From positions 992,001 through 1,056,000 of the forward strand of contig CAVVMW010000006.1 of assembly GCA_963749495.1 (NCBI GenBank): 64,000 bases of DNA, in the 5' to 3' direction. A program made the position numbers and the translations under genes. Under the pieces are notes generated by a model. It made no database searches. It was not told where the DNA came from and was given only the letters and a program-made list of their open reading frames with translations. This document shows positions 40,067 to 49,183 of this stretch, piece after piece. This DNA comes from an uncultured bacterium. Its GTDB lineage: Bacteria > Verrucomicrobiota > Verrucomicrobiia > Limisphaerales > UBA8199. How positions within the stretch are numbered: position 1 is the first letter of the stretch; each line of letters starts with the position of its first letter.

Positions 40067-40608
40067 TTGCCGAGCAGGGATTCGATCTGTTGCTCGTATT
40101 TCTTCCGGGTTTCAGCCCCGCGAAAGCTGGTATGGGCGAACCGGACCTTGCCCTCCCCGTCCAGCAGGAATGAACTGGGCATCGTGGCCACATCCACGCG
40201 GGCCACCAGTTTTTGGGCGGCATCGCGCACCACAGCGAACGAGACCGGGTTCTTTTGCAGGAACTTGTCCATGTCCTTCTTGTTCTGGTCCACGCTGATG
40301 GCAATAATGACCAGGCCGCGGGGGCCGTACTTTTTGTGCAGTTCTTCCATTACCGGGAACGATTGCTTGCAGGGGCCGCACCAGGACGCCCAGAAGTCCA
40401 CTAACACCACTTTGCCCTTGAGGTCGGCAGGGCAATCGCCCTCCAGGCCCGCTGCGCGCAGATCGGGGAAGGGGTCGCCCGTCTTGAGGCTGGCCGTGCC
40501 GGCCTGGGCGCTCGGGCCAACCAAGACCCACAGGGCCACCGCCAGGCCGGAAAGCCCGGCCAACCGGCGGCCTGCAAAGACCGCCCTGCTAAGACGTGGT
40601 GTAAGCAT
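40063..40608 (-). CDS. TlpA-like thiol-disulfide oxidoreductase
   Basis: VDFWASWCGPC, MPSSFL. Confidence 0.92.
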   Translation of the reverse strand: MLTPRLSRAVFAGRRLAGLSGLAVALWVLVGPSAQAGTASLKTGDPFPDLRAAGLEGDCPADLKGKVVLVDFWASWCGPCKQSFPVMEELHKKYGPRGLVIIAISVDQNKKDMDKFLQKNPVSFAVVRDAAQKLVARVDVATMPSSFLLDGEGKVRFAHTSFRGAETRKKYEQQIESLLGK

Positions 40609-41603
40609 AGAAACCTCGAGTGTCGTGGCGGGTGCTCTGGGTAATGATGCAGCCTTCGGCGCCCGGACAAAGGCTGATCAGTTGGACGCCCTCGGTGGGG
40701 CCCAGGACAAAGGCGGTGGTGGAGAGGATGCCGGCGACGGTGCAATGGGAGGCGATGACCGACACTGAGAGACTGCCATTGTCCACCGGGCAGCCGGTCC
40801 GCGGGTCAAGGATATGGCCGTAGCGCCGGCCGTTGTGGACAAAAAAACCGCGCAACGTCGCCGGAGGTCGCCACGGCATGGTTGGTGACGGCCACACCTG
40901 TCCAGCAGCGAGCCAGGTCTTTGGGGTCCTGGAGGCCGATGTGCCAGGGGCCTCCGCCGGGAGGTTGGCCGTGGACGCGGACGTCCTGCCCAAAATCCAC
41001 GAGCACATCCGGGACCCCGCCCTCCAGGACGAGCGACAGGACACGGTCGACGGCGTATTCCTTGCCGACGCCGCCCAGGTCCAGCCCCATGCCCGGCTCC
41101 GGCAGGAAAATCGCCCCGGGCCGCCGCTGGACCTTACTCCACCCGACAGATTGGCGCGCCGTCTCGATGGCCTCAGGCGACGGCACAACGGCGGGCCGCG
41201 CTTTCCAGTTCCACAACCGCAGCAGCGGCAGAGCGGTCGGATCGAACACCCCCCGGGTGAAGAAAAACATGTCCTGGCAAAACCGCAACAGCAACTCGGT
41301 CTCCGCATCGATCTCGACCCAGTGTTTGCCCGCCGCATCGTTGATCCGGCTGATGAGGCTCTCGGCAATGAAACGCGAGTAGCGCGCCTCGAACCAGCCG
41401 ACCCAATCGAGGACCTGCTCTTGGAGCCGCCGGGCCAGGGCGCTGTCGCGGGTGCGGAAGTTGACCCGGCACAGCGTGCTCATCGCCTGGAAGGAGAGCT
41501 GGTGGAAATCTCCGGTGCAGCGAAAGTCGGCAGACCGTTTGACGCGCTCTTGCACCACGCGCGTGGTGTCCGCGCAGATGGGTTCCGGGATGGTTCGGCT
41601 CAT
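40589..41603 (-). CDS. apbE: FAD:protein FMN transferase ApbE (frameshift near 40855)
   Basis: FQAMST, SRFIAES, FDPT, LDLGGVGKEYAVD, ATSGD, then YGHILDPRTG in the shifted frame. Confidence 0.88.
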
Positions 41604-41811
41604 CTCATAGTTGCTGCGGTTTGGCTCTTGAGCGCCATTGCGCCCGGATCTTGGCGCAATGCCGCATTGTGCATACAATTGCCCAAATGGATAATATGTC
41701 AAGTCCCCTTGCCCTCCTTCGTCCTTCTGCAGGGTGTTGACAATGCTCCCTGAGGGCGGATGGTAATTGAGAAACAGGTGAGCGTCTGGAGGATGCCGGA
41801 AAGGAGTGGCG

Positions 41812-41997
41812 ATGAAGAAGTTGTTCGTGGCGATCGTGCTGGCTGGGTTGGTGGAGGGGTGCGCCTGGCTTACGGATGGAGACCGCGGGGCCAACTCGGG
41901 AGGGACCACCGCGCGAGGCACAAGCGAGGTGAGCACGGGGGCGAATGCCGGGATGGACAGGGGCGTTACCGGCAGCGAATCAGTGCCACCGCCTTAA
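41812..41997 (+). CDS. Small putative lipoprotein
   Basis: AAGGAG RBS; MKKLFVAIVLAGLVEGC. Confidence 0.5.
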   Translation: MKKLFVAIVLAGLVEGCAWLTDGDRGANSGGTTARGTSEVSTGANAGMDRGVTGSESVPPP

Positions 41998-42066
41998 GCG
42001 CGACGGGGCAAGGGGCGAGTGACAAGCTCACTGGGTCCGCTCGGGGCGCATCTGGGCTTTACCACG

Positions 42067-42170
42067 GTGGGGCAGACCTCTGGTCTGCCGGTTAACGCCT
42101 CCTCGGGAGGCGTTTCCGGTACCACGGGGCCGGAGGCCCCGCTCACCGGCAGACCAGAGGTCTGCCCCAC
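42067..42170. repeat. REP doublet with perfect 26-bp inverted arms
   Basis: GTGGGGCAGACCTCTGGTCTGCCGGT (42067-42092) and reverse complement (42145-42170). Confidence 0.85.
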
Positions 42171-42237
42171 GCGACTTGCCCGTGCAATTGTGGGACAATC
42201 CGCATGCCCCCTGTCCCATCGACACTCGACACGAGCG

Positions 42238-42498
42238 CGACTAAAACCGTCGGTCAGCCCACGGCGCCTTTTTGCCCCGAAGGGGCTTCCGACAATAGCC
42301 CGGCGTTTCAACGCCGGGTGAGCGGATACAAAGAGCAGGTCCGTCCCGAAGGGACGGCTGAAAGCAAGGAGTGTTCTCAGTCGTCCCTTCGGGACGAGGG
42401 TCCCTTCTGTGCCCTCCCCGGCGTTGAAACGCCGGGCTATTGTCAGATGTCCCTCCGGGACAAAACTCCCGAGGCGCATGCCCGACGCCTTTAATCGC
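42238..42498. repeat. GTCCCGAAGGGAC REP-like multi-hairpin element, inverted homolog of 25930-26150
   Basis: Shared GACAATAGCCC arms, GTCCCGAAGGGACGGCTGAA core and GCATGCCCGACGC..TTAATCGC end. Confidence 0.85.
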
Positions 42499-42540
42499 AC
42501 CCCCTCGGCCCTCGCCCCTCCCGCCTGCCCCCCCGTCCGC

Positions 42541-43206
42541 TCACCGCGGCCCGCTCTGGCTTGGGAAACCGACGGCTTGGGCCATGACGATGCGTTGTTC
42601 GGGCTTGAGTTTCATGGCGGCGGCCAGCGGGGGACGGTCCAGGTCGAAGACGACGGTGGCCAGTCCGGCGGAGGCGCAGTAGAGATAAACGTTCTGGCTG
42701 ATGCAGCCGGCGTCGAAGTCGGCATAAACGGGGCGCATCTGGTCTTGGGCGCGGGTGAAGCGCGAGAGGTCGGCGACGTAGATCAGCACGAGGGGGGCGT
42801 TCTTGAAAAAGGGCTGGCCGTTGCTCCGGGAGCGCAGGTCCTGGGCGGAAAGGGTCCGCAACTGGTTGGCCTTGGCATCGTAAAGGAAGAGTCCCTCCGG
42901 CAGGGCGGCGTAGAGGTCGATGTCCTGGGCGTTCATGGCCGAGGGGGCGGTGCGATGGCCGGTGTCGGGGCGGTTGATGCCGAAGCCGGCCCAGAGGAGG
43001 TTGGCCAGGAGTTGGGGCGGGAGTTTGTCGGGCTTGAAGTCGCGCGTGGTGCGGCGTTCCTTGAGGGCCTCCATGAGCGGTTTGCCACCTTGGGTCTGGG
43101 GCGCCGGCAGCGAGATCGTTTCGGGTCCTTCGGCCCGGAGCGTGGCTGGAGGCAGGGTCAGAGTCAGGACCGTGAGACAGAGGAGATTTCGGCGCAGGGT
43201 TCGCAT
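42541..43206 (-). CDS. Nitroreductase (SagB/ThcOx-like) with signal peptide
   Basis: LMEALKERRTTR, LLWAGFGIN, RTAPSA, ISQNVYL. Confidence 0.85.
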   Translation of the reverse strand: MRTLRRNLLCLTVLTLTLPPATLRAEGPETISLPAPQTQGGKPLMEALKERRTTRDFKPDKLPPQLLANLLWAGFGINRPDTGHRTAPSAMNAQDIDLYAALPEGLFLYDAKANQLRTLSAQDLRSRSNGQPFFKNAPLVLIYVADLSRFTRAQDQMRPVYADFDAGCISQNVYLYCASAGLATVVFDLDRPPLAAAMKLKPEQRIVMAQAVGFPSQSGPR

Positions 43207-43257
43207 GGGGACTGTGTGTCAGGAAGAGCCGCTCGCGTCAATCCCGATCACAGGCGG

Positions 43258-43344
43258 CCTTTGTCGCTGCCTTTGTCGCGACCTTTGTCGAATCGGCTCC
43301 GCCAGTTGTCTTCGACAAAGGTTGCGACAAAGGTCGCGACAAAG
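43258..43344. repeat. CCTTTGTCG hairpin element copy 5
   Basis: Triple inverted repeat in a divergent intergenic region. Confidence 0.9.
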
Positions 43345-43462
43345 TTCCCGAGAATCTGCTGGTCAAGAGGGCCGGGAAATGTAAAACCTATTGACTGGCA
43401 ATGGGCTCTTGGGACTGCCGGGTCCTGTTGGCAGGCGGCCGTTTGAGCGATTGAGTTGAACT

Positions 43463-44788
43463 ATGTGTGCAAGTGTTCTGGGTGCGCGCAAGCGCGAGGC
43501 GAGGTCGAAGCTGCGGCGCAAGCGCGGTCTGGCCGAGTCTGGCATCGTGGTGCTGCCAGCCGGGGCGGAATCCATGGAGAGGGTGGCTTGGTCGCTTGTG
43601 GACCTGGGCGATGCGGCGCGGGTGGCCCTGTCGCTGGCGCCCGAGGGACGGGGCGCCTTCGGCGAGCAGGCGCGCGAGGTGATGGTTGCCCTGCGAGCCA
43701 TCCTGGCCCGGCAACCGGCGCCCATGACCGTCACGGTGCAGACGGTCTTCCTGCAGGCGGCGCAAGATCAGGCCGAGTGCGAGGCCGTCTTTGCGGCGCA
43801 TTACGGCAAGGATTTGCCCGTGACCAACTTCGTCACCCAGCCGCCGTGTTGCGGAGCCGCGCTGGCCCTGGAGGCCTGGGCCATTGGCGGGCAGGACGTG
43901 CGCCTGGAGCGTTTCGGCACCCAGGCCCTGGCCGTGAGCTATGACAGCGTCCGGTGGCTGCATTGCGGCGGCATCCGGGCCCAAGATTCGCTGGAGGCGG
44001 CCTATCCGCAGGCGCTGGAGGCCCTGGCGAGCACGAAGCGTGTCCTGGCCCGCGCCGGGTTCACTTTCGAGCAGGTAGTCCGAACCTGGTTTTACCTGGG
44101 GGGCATCACCGAGCCGGAGGCCGGCACCTGCCGCTACCAGGAGCTGAACCGGGCCCGGACTGATTTCTATCGCAAGTTCCGTTTCGATTCGGCCGGCCTC
44201 GGGCGCAACGGCCCCCGGCGCGCTTACCCTGCCAGCACGGGCATCGGCATGTCCGGGGGCGGCCTGGTGGTGAGTTGCACCGCCCTGGAGACCCGGCGGG
44301 ACGACGTGCTGCTGCTCTCTCTGGAGAATCCGCAGCAAACTCCCGCCTACGCCTACCACACCAAATACTCCAGCCACACCCCCAAGTTCTCCCGCGCTAT
44401 GGCCCTGCTCCTGGGCCACTACATGACCACCTGGATCTCCGGCACCGCCAGTATTGTCAGCTCGGAAAGCCGCCACGGGGGCGACATCGAGAAGCAGACC
44501 GAGCAAACCATTGATAACATCGAACGGCTCATCGCACCCGACAACTTCGCCGCCCACGGCGTCAGCGGGGCCGGCGCCCGCCTCAGCAACGTGGCCAAGC
44601 TCCGTGTTTATCTCAAGGCCGGCCAGGACCTGGAGAAGTGCCGGGCGGTCTGCCGGCGGCGGTTCGGAGCCGTGCCGGTCATTTACGCGGTGGCCGATGT
44701 CTGCCGCCCGGAGTTGCTGGTCGAGATCGAGGGAGTCGCTTTCTCGCGCTGCGAGCCGCCGGCCAAGGGTGGCAAACGCCCAGCGTGA
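43463..44788 (+). CDS. Multi-domain YjgF/RidA-like protein (FkbO/Hyg5 chorismatase-like C-terminus)
   Basis: VVRTWFY, YQELNRAR, YPASTGIG, ENPQQTPAY, PKFSRA, ISGTASI, ADVCRPELLVEIEG. Confidence 0.75.
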   Translation: MCASVLGARKREARSKLRRKRGLAESGIVVLPAGAESMERVAWSLVDLGDAARVALSLAPEGRGAFGEQAREVMVALRAILARQPAPMTVTVQTVFLQAAQDQAECEAVFAAHYGKDLPVTNFVTQPPCCGAALALEAWAIGGQDVRLERFGTQALAVSYDSVRWLHCGGIRAQDSLEAAYPQALEALASTKRVLARAGFTFEQVVRTWFYLGGITEPEAGTCRYQELNRARTDFYRKFRFDSAGLGRNGPRRAYPASTGIGMSGGGLVVSCTALETRRDDVLLLSLENPQQTPAYAYHTKYSSHTPKFSRAMALLLGHYMTTWISGTASIVSSESRHGGDIEKQTEQTIDNIERLIAPDNFAAHGVSGAGARLSNVAKLRVYLKAGQDLEKCRAVCRRRFGAVPVIYAVADVCRPELLVEIEGVAFSRCEPPAKGGKRPA

Positions 44789-44858
44789 AGCGGGGCAGCG
44801 GGACATCGCTGAAGGAACGCGCGAGCCGCTCGGGCAACCCGCACACCTTCTGAAGGCA

Positions 44859-46043
44859 ATGAAATCACAGAGAGACCAGGAACACAGAAAGGGACCTCCG
44901 GCAAGTCCGCCGGTCTCCAGGGCTCTCCCGCGCCCGCTTTCACCCGATTGTCCGGATCGATCCCCCGCCGTCGGCCCCTCGCCCCTCGCCCCCCGCCCCC
45001 CGACCCTCGACAGCCTGCCGGACCTGATCGACTCCGAAGAGCAGTTGGAGGAGGTGTTGACGCGGCCGGGGTCTGAGTTGGTGGAGTTCATCAGGAGGGT
45101 TGCCAGCCCGCTGCTCATCCTGGGGGCCGGGGGCAAGATGGGGCCGACGCTGGCGGTGCTGGCAAGCCGGGCAGCGGCTGCAGCCAACCACCCCCTGGAG
45201 GTCATCGCCGTCAGCCGCTTCAGCGACCCGGCCGCGCGGGCGTGGCTGGAGGCGCGCCAGGTCAGGACGATTTGTTGTGATCTGTTGGACGCCGCGGCGG
45301 TCCGCAGCCTGCCCGAGGCGGAGGCCCTCCTCTACCTGGTGGGCCTCAAGTTCGGGACGGCACATGACCCGGCTGCGACCTGGGCCATGAACACGATCGT
45401 CCCGGTGCGGGTGCTCGAACGCTATCCCGGCGCGCGAATCGCTGCCCTCTCGACGGGCAACGTCTATCCGCTGACTGGCGTGGCCGCGGGCGGCTCCACC
45501 GAGACGGCGCCCCTGACTCCCCTTGGGGAATACGCCAATGCCGCGGTCGGACGCGAGCGGATCTTCGAGTTTTGCTCGCGCGCCGCCCGGACACCGGTGG
45601 CGCTGCTGCGGCTTTTCTACGCGGTGGAACTGCGTTATGGCGTTTTGGTGGACATCGCCCGCAAGGTCCACGCCGGCCAGCCGCTCGAACTGGGCGGCGG
45701 CCACTTCAACTGCATCTGGCAGGGCAACGCCAACGCGCTGGCCCTGCGGGCGCTTTGGCTGGCAGAGGCGCCGCCCTCGGCCTGGAACCTGTGCCGTCCG
45801 GAGGTCTTTTGCCTCCGTGCCGTCGCCACGCGGCTGGGCCAGTTGCTGGGGCGCCCGGCCCGGTTCCTCGGGGCGGAGTCGCCCACGGCGTTGTTGGGCA
45901 ACCCGGCCCGGCTTTGCGCCGCCCTGGGCCCGCCCTCGCTCCCACTGGAGACGATGCTGCGCTGGGTGGCGCATTGGGTGAAACGGGGCGGGCGCAACCT
46001 GGGCAAACCCACCCATTTCGAGGTGCGCGATGGGAAATATTGA
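44859..46043 (+). CDS. NAD-dependent epimerase/dehydratase family protein (start uncertain)
   Basis: LGAGGKMG, KFG, STGNVYP, GEYA, RLFYAVELRYG, KPTHFEVRDGKY. Confidence 0.8.
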   Translation: MKSQRDQEHRKGPPASPPVSRALPRPLSPDCPDRSPAVGPSPLAPRPPTLDSLPDLIDSEEQLEEVLTRPGSELVEFIRRVASPLLILGAGGKMGPTLAVLASRAAAAANHPLEVIAVSRFSDPAARAWLEARQVRTICCDLLDAAAVRSLPEAEALLYLVGLKFGTAHDPAATWAMNTIVPVRVLERYPGARIAALSTGNVYPLTGVAAGGSTETAPLTPLGEYANAAVGRERIFEFCSRAARTPVALLRLFYAVELRYGVLVDIARKVHAGQPLELGGGHFNCIWQGNANALALRALWLAEAPPSAWNLCRPEVFCLRAVATRLGQLLGRPARFLGAESPTALLGNPARLCAALGPPSLPLETMLRWVAHWVKRGGRNLGKPTHFEVRDGKY

Positions 46044-46046
46044 AGA

Positions 46047-46232
46047 AAGGCTAAAGGCTGAAGGCTAAAGGCTAAAGGCCAAAAGCGCGCATTGGTTCGT
46101 CCCTTTCGTCCCTTACGTCCCTTATGTCCCTTTTGTCCCTCAAGCCGAGCCCTCTCCCGAGACACCCCCAAGCTCCACTGCCTCCGCGCCGCCTTCGGCA
46201 CTTTAGCCTTTAGCCTTTAGCCTTTAGCCTTT
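46047..46232. repeat. TAAAGGC-armed composite element, copy L
   Basis: (TAAAGGC)n, core with 9-bp GTCCCTTAT-like repeats, (GCCTTTA)n. Confidence 0.9.
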
Positions 46233-46246
46233 GGTGGGGTACGACT

Positions 46247-47296
46247 ATGAATTACGAGAGACTCAGGGCGCGGCTCCGCGCGGGGCTGGTCATTCCGGCT
46301 TGTCCCCTGGCGCTCAATGCCCAGCGCAAGCTCGATGAACGGCGCCAGGTCGCGCTGTTGCGCTACTATTTTGCCGCAGGCGCCGGCGGGCTGGCGGTCG
46401 GGGTACACACGACGCAGTTTGCTATTCGGGACGCGAAGGTGGGCCTGTTGCGTCCGCTGCTGGAGCTGGCGGTCGAGGCGATGCGCCGGGCCGGACCGGG
46501 ATTGGCGCGCATCGCCGGGATCTGCGGCGCCACCGGCCAGGCGGTTGCCGAGGCGGAATTGGCGCGCGGATTGGGTTACGAGGCCGGCCTGGTCAGCCTC
46601 GGGGCGCTCAAGAACGCCGGCGAAGAGCAACTCCTGGCCCATTGCCGGACGGTGGGCCAGGTCATACCGATCTTCGGTTTCTATCTCCAGCCGGCGGCCG
46701 GGGGGCGGGTGTTGCCCTATCGATTCTGGCGGCGCTTCGCGGAGTTGGACAACGTGGTTGCCATCAAGATTGCCCCGTTCAACCGCTACCAGAGCCTCGA
46801 CGTGGTCCGCGCCGTGGCCGAGGCCGGCCGCGACGATATCGCGCTCTACACGGGCAACGACGACAACATCGTGATGGATCTGTTGACGCCGTTCCGTTTT
46901 CAGCGCGGCGGCAAGAGGGTCGAGCGGCGCATCGTGGGCGGTTTGCTGGGACATTGGGCGGTTTGGACCAAGCGGGCCGCCGAACTCCACCGTGAGTGCC
47001 GCCGGCTGGCGCGCAGTGGCGAACCGATCCCGCCGCGCCTCCTGCGCCGGGCGGCCGAAGTCACCGACGCCAACGCCGCCTTCTTCGATGCGGCCAACGG
47101 TTACGCAGGTTGCATTGCCGGCCTCCACGAGGTCTTGCGGCGACAGGGCCTCTTGCGAGGCATCTGGTGCCTCGACCCCGCCGAGACGCTCAGTCCCGGC
47201 CAGCAGGAAGAAATCGAACGTGTCTGCCGCGCCTACCCGGGTGCCAACGACGACCAGTTCGTGGCCCAGCACCTGGATGAATGGCTCAAAGGCTAA
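46247..47296 (+). CDS. Dihydrodipicolinate synthase (class I aldolase) family protein
   Basis: VIPACPLAL, VGVHTTQF, GFYLQ, AIKIAPFNRY, YTGNDD. Confidence 0.85.
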   Translation: MNYERLRARLRAGLVIPACPLALNAQRKLDERRQVALLRYYFAAGAGGLAVGVHTTQFAIRDAKVGLLRPLLELAVEAMRRAGPGLARIAGICGATGQAVAEAELARGLGYEAGLVSLGALKNAGEEQLLAHCRTVGQVIPIFGFYLQPAAGGRVLPYRFWRRFAELDNVVAIKIAPFNRYQSLDVVRAVAEAGRDDIALYTGNDDNIVMDLLTPFRFQRGGKRVERRIVGGLLGHWAVWTKRAAELHRECRRLARSGEPIPPRLLRRAAEVTDANAAFFDAANGYAGCIAGLHEVLRRQGLLRGIWCLDPAETLSPGQQEEIERVCRAYPGANDDQFVAQHLDEWLKG

Positions 47297-47461
47297 AGGC
47301 TAAAGGCTAAAGGCTAAAGTGCCGAAGGCGGGGCGAAGGCAGTGAGGCGTGGGGGGCGTCTGAGGAGAGGCCTCGGCTTGAGGGACAAAAGGGACATAAG
47401 CGACATAAGGGACAAACCAACGCCCCGCATTCGGCCCTTTAGCCTTTAGCCTTTAGCCTTT
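47288..47461. repeat. TAAAGGC-armed composite element, copy R (inverted relative to L)
   Basis: Reverse complement aligns with 46047-46232 through arms and core. Confidence 0.9.
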
Positions 47462-47466
47462 CCCCT

Positions 47467-48345
47467 TCACCCTAAGGCCGGGTCAGCGATGGCAAATTGG
47501 GCGAGCCGGTCGGCGGCGGCGAGGTTGTCTCCCAGGTACATGCGGGTCAAGGGCCGGAGCGGCGCGAAGCCCAGGCGCCGGGCTGCCGCTTTAGCCGCCT
47601 CGTTATCGTCCGGAACGTCCCAAATCACGGGCCGGGCGCCGGCAGGCTCCAGCAACGCGGTGATGAGCCCGAGAGCGCCCTGGGCGCTGGCGCACTCCAC
47701 CGGCCCGAGGTAATCGGCGTTGGCCCCGCTGCGCAGCAGGCCCCAACCGGCAGCAGACTTGCCTGCGGGCCAGACCAGGCCCTTGGCGCTGTCGCGGGCC
47801 AGACTGCGGAGCAGGCGAGGCCGAGGCGCGCCAAAGGCGGCGGCATCAATTTGCTCGATGACGTTCCAATCGGTCTCCGCCAGACCCCGCGTTTCGGGCA
47901 GCCGCCCGAGTCCGGCTGGCAAGGGCTGGCCCTGGCCCTGCTCGCAGGCAGGACGTTGCCAGCGCGTCAAGGTCCACTCCGACACAAAGCCCAGCTTCTG
48001 GTAGAGCGGCAGCCCCGCCGGCGTGGCGTCCAGCTTGGTGCACCGGACGCCGCGGCCCTGGAGGTATTCTATGGCCCGGCGCATCAACCGGGTGGCGATG
48101 CCCCGGCGCCGGTGCTCCGGATGGACGAGCATCATGCCGATCCAGGCCAGGGTCTGGCCGTAGGCGATCGTGGTCACGGTGCCGGCCAATTGGCCGCCGT
48201 CGAGCGCGGCAAAGCACCCCTCCGGCTCCAGTTCGAGCATCCGGCGCCAGTCCTCGGGGGTTTGGTTCCAGCCAACCAGCCGGCGCAAATGGTCCGCGCC
48301 CGGCAGGTCGGCCTCGGTCATCACGCGCAACTGGGCGTCGCTCAT
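47467..48345 (-). CDS. GNAT acetyltransferase (two-domain)
   Basis: GWNQT, GMMLVHPEHRRRGIA, LDATPAG..LYQKLGF. Confidence 0.88.
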   Translation of the reverse strand: MSDAQLRVMTEADLPGADHLRRLVGWNQTPEDWRRMLELEPEGCFAALDGGQLAGTVTTIAYGQTLAWIGMMLVHPEHRRRGIATRLMRRAIEYLQGRGVRCTKLDATPAGLPLYQKLGFVSEWTLTRWQRPACEQGQGQPLPAGLGRLPETRGLAETDWNVIEQIDAAAFGAPRPRLLRSLARDSAKGLVWPAGKSAAGWGLLRSGANADYLGPVECASAQGALGLITALLEPAGARPVIWDVPDDNEAAKAAARRLGFAPLRPLTRMYLGDNLAAADRLAQFAIADPALG

Positions 48346-49034
48346 TTCACGCCCGCGGCTGCGGCGGCCTCAGGGTCGATCTTCTTGAGGGCGGCGGGGA
48401 CCGCCGTGCGGATGTCTTTGGAACTGCGGTCTTTGAGCAGCTTGATGAGCACCGGGACAGCCGCCTTGGCCTCAGCGCCATAGTCGCCCAGGGCTTCCAC
48501 CACATCCGGTTGGCCGCGGCCCAGGCTGTCGACCGCACCCTCGATCAGGGCGGGAACTGCTACCTTGGCCTCGGCCTGAATCCTGACCAGCGCGCCCGCC
48601 GCCGCGCCCAATAGAGGCTCGTCCCTGCTCCTGAGGGCCTTCAGGAGCGCCGGAATGGCGGGTTTGGCGTTCGTGCCGAAGAACCCCAACTGGCCCACCG
48701 CCTGGCCGCGGCGTCCATAGGAAATCAGATACTCGATCTGGACGCCCGGCAGGCTATTGAGTTGCTCGACGAGCGCCATCCTGAACCTGGAGTCGTTGGT
48801 GTCACAAAACATCTGGTTCGTCAGGTACGGGATGATCTCGCCGTGCAGCACCGCGATGGCGCGGTTGCTCGCGGCGGCGACCGAGTTGGTTATCTGCTCC
48901 GACCAATAGTACGCGTTTTTTCCCTGGTAGAGTGTGTCCTTGGTGCCAACCGTGAGGGTAAGAACCCAAATCCCGGCCGCCAAAACGCAAAGGCCCCCGA
49001 GGGCGTAACCGAAGAGTCGCAACGCCTTCTTCAT
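48342..49034 (-). CDS. Membrane-anchored HEAT-repeat protein
   Basis: N-terminal TM; repeated AKPAIPALLKAL / AKAAVPVLIKLL. Confidence 0.75.
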   Translation of the reverse strand: MKKALRLFGYALGGLCVLAAGIWVLTLTVGTKDTLYQGKNAYYWSEQITNSVAAASNRAIAVLHGEIIPYLTNQMFCDTNDSRFRMALVEQLNSLPGVQIEYLISYGRRGQAVGQLGFFGTNAKPAIPALLKALRSRDEPLLGAAAGALVRIQAEAKVAVPALIEGAVDSLGRGQPDVVEALGDYGAEAKAAVPVLIKLLKDRSSKDIRTAVPAALKKIDPEAAAAAGVK

Positions 49035-49183
49035 TATAGTTTGGTGATTGTCTATGGCTGTTTTCGTGTCGGGCAGCGGGGATTGTAGCCGACTTGGCCC
49101 GGGACGCCAAGACACAATTTCCCCAAACCCGTTCTGGACAGCGCAGCGCGCTTAACATAAAGAGGTTGGCGAAAGATCGGACC

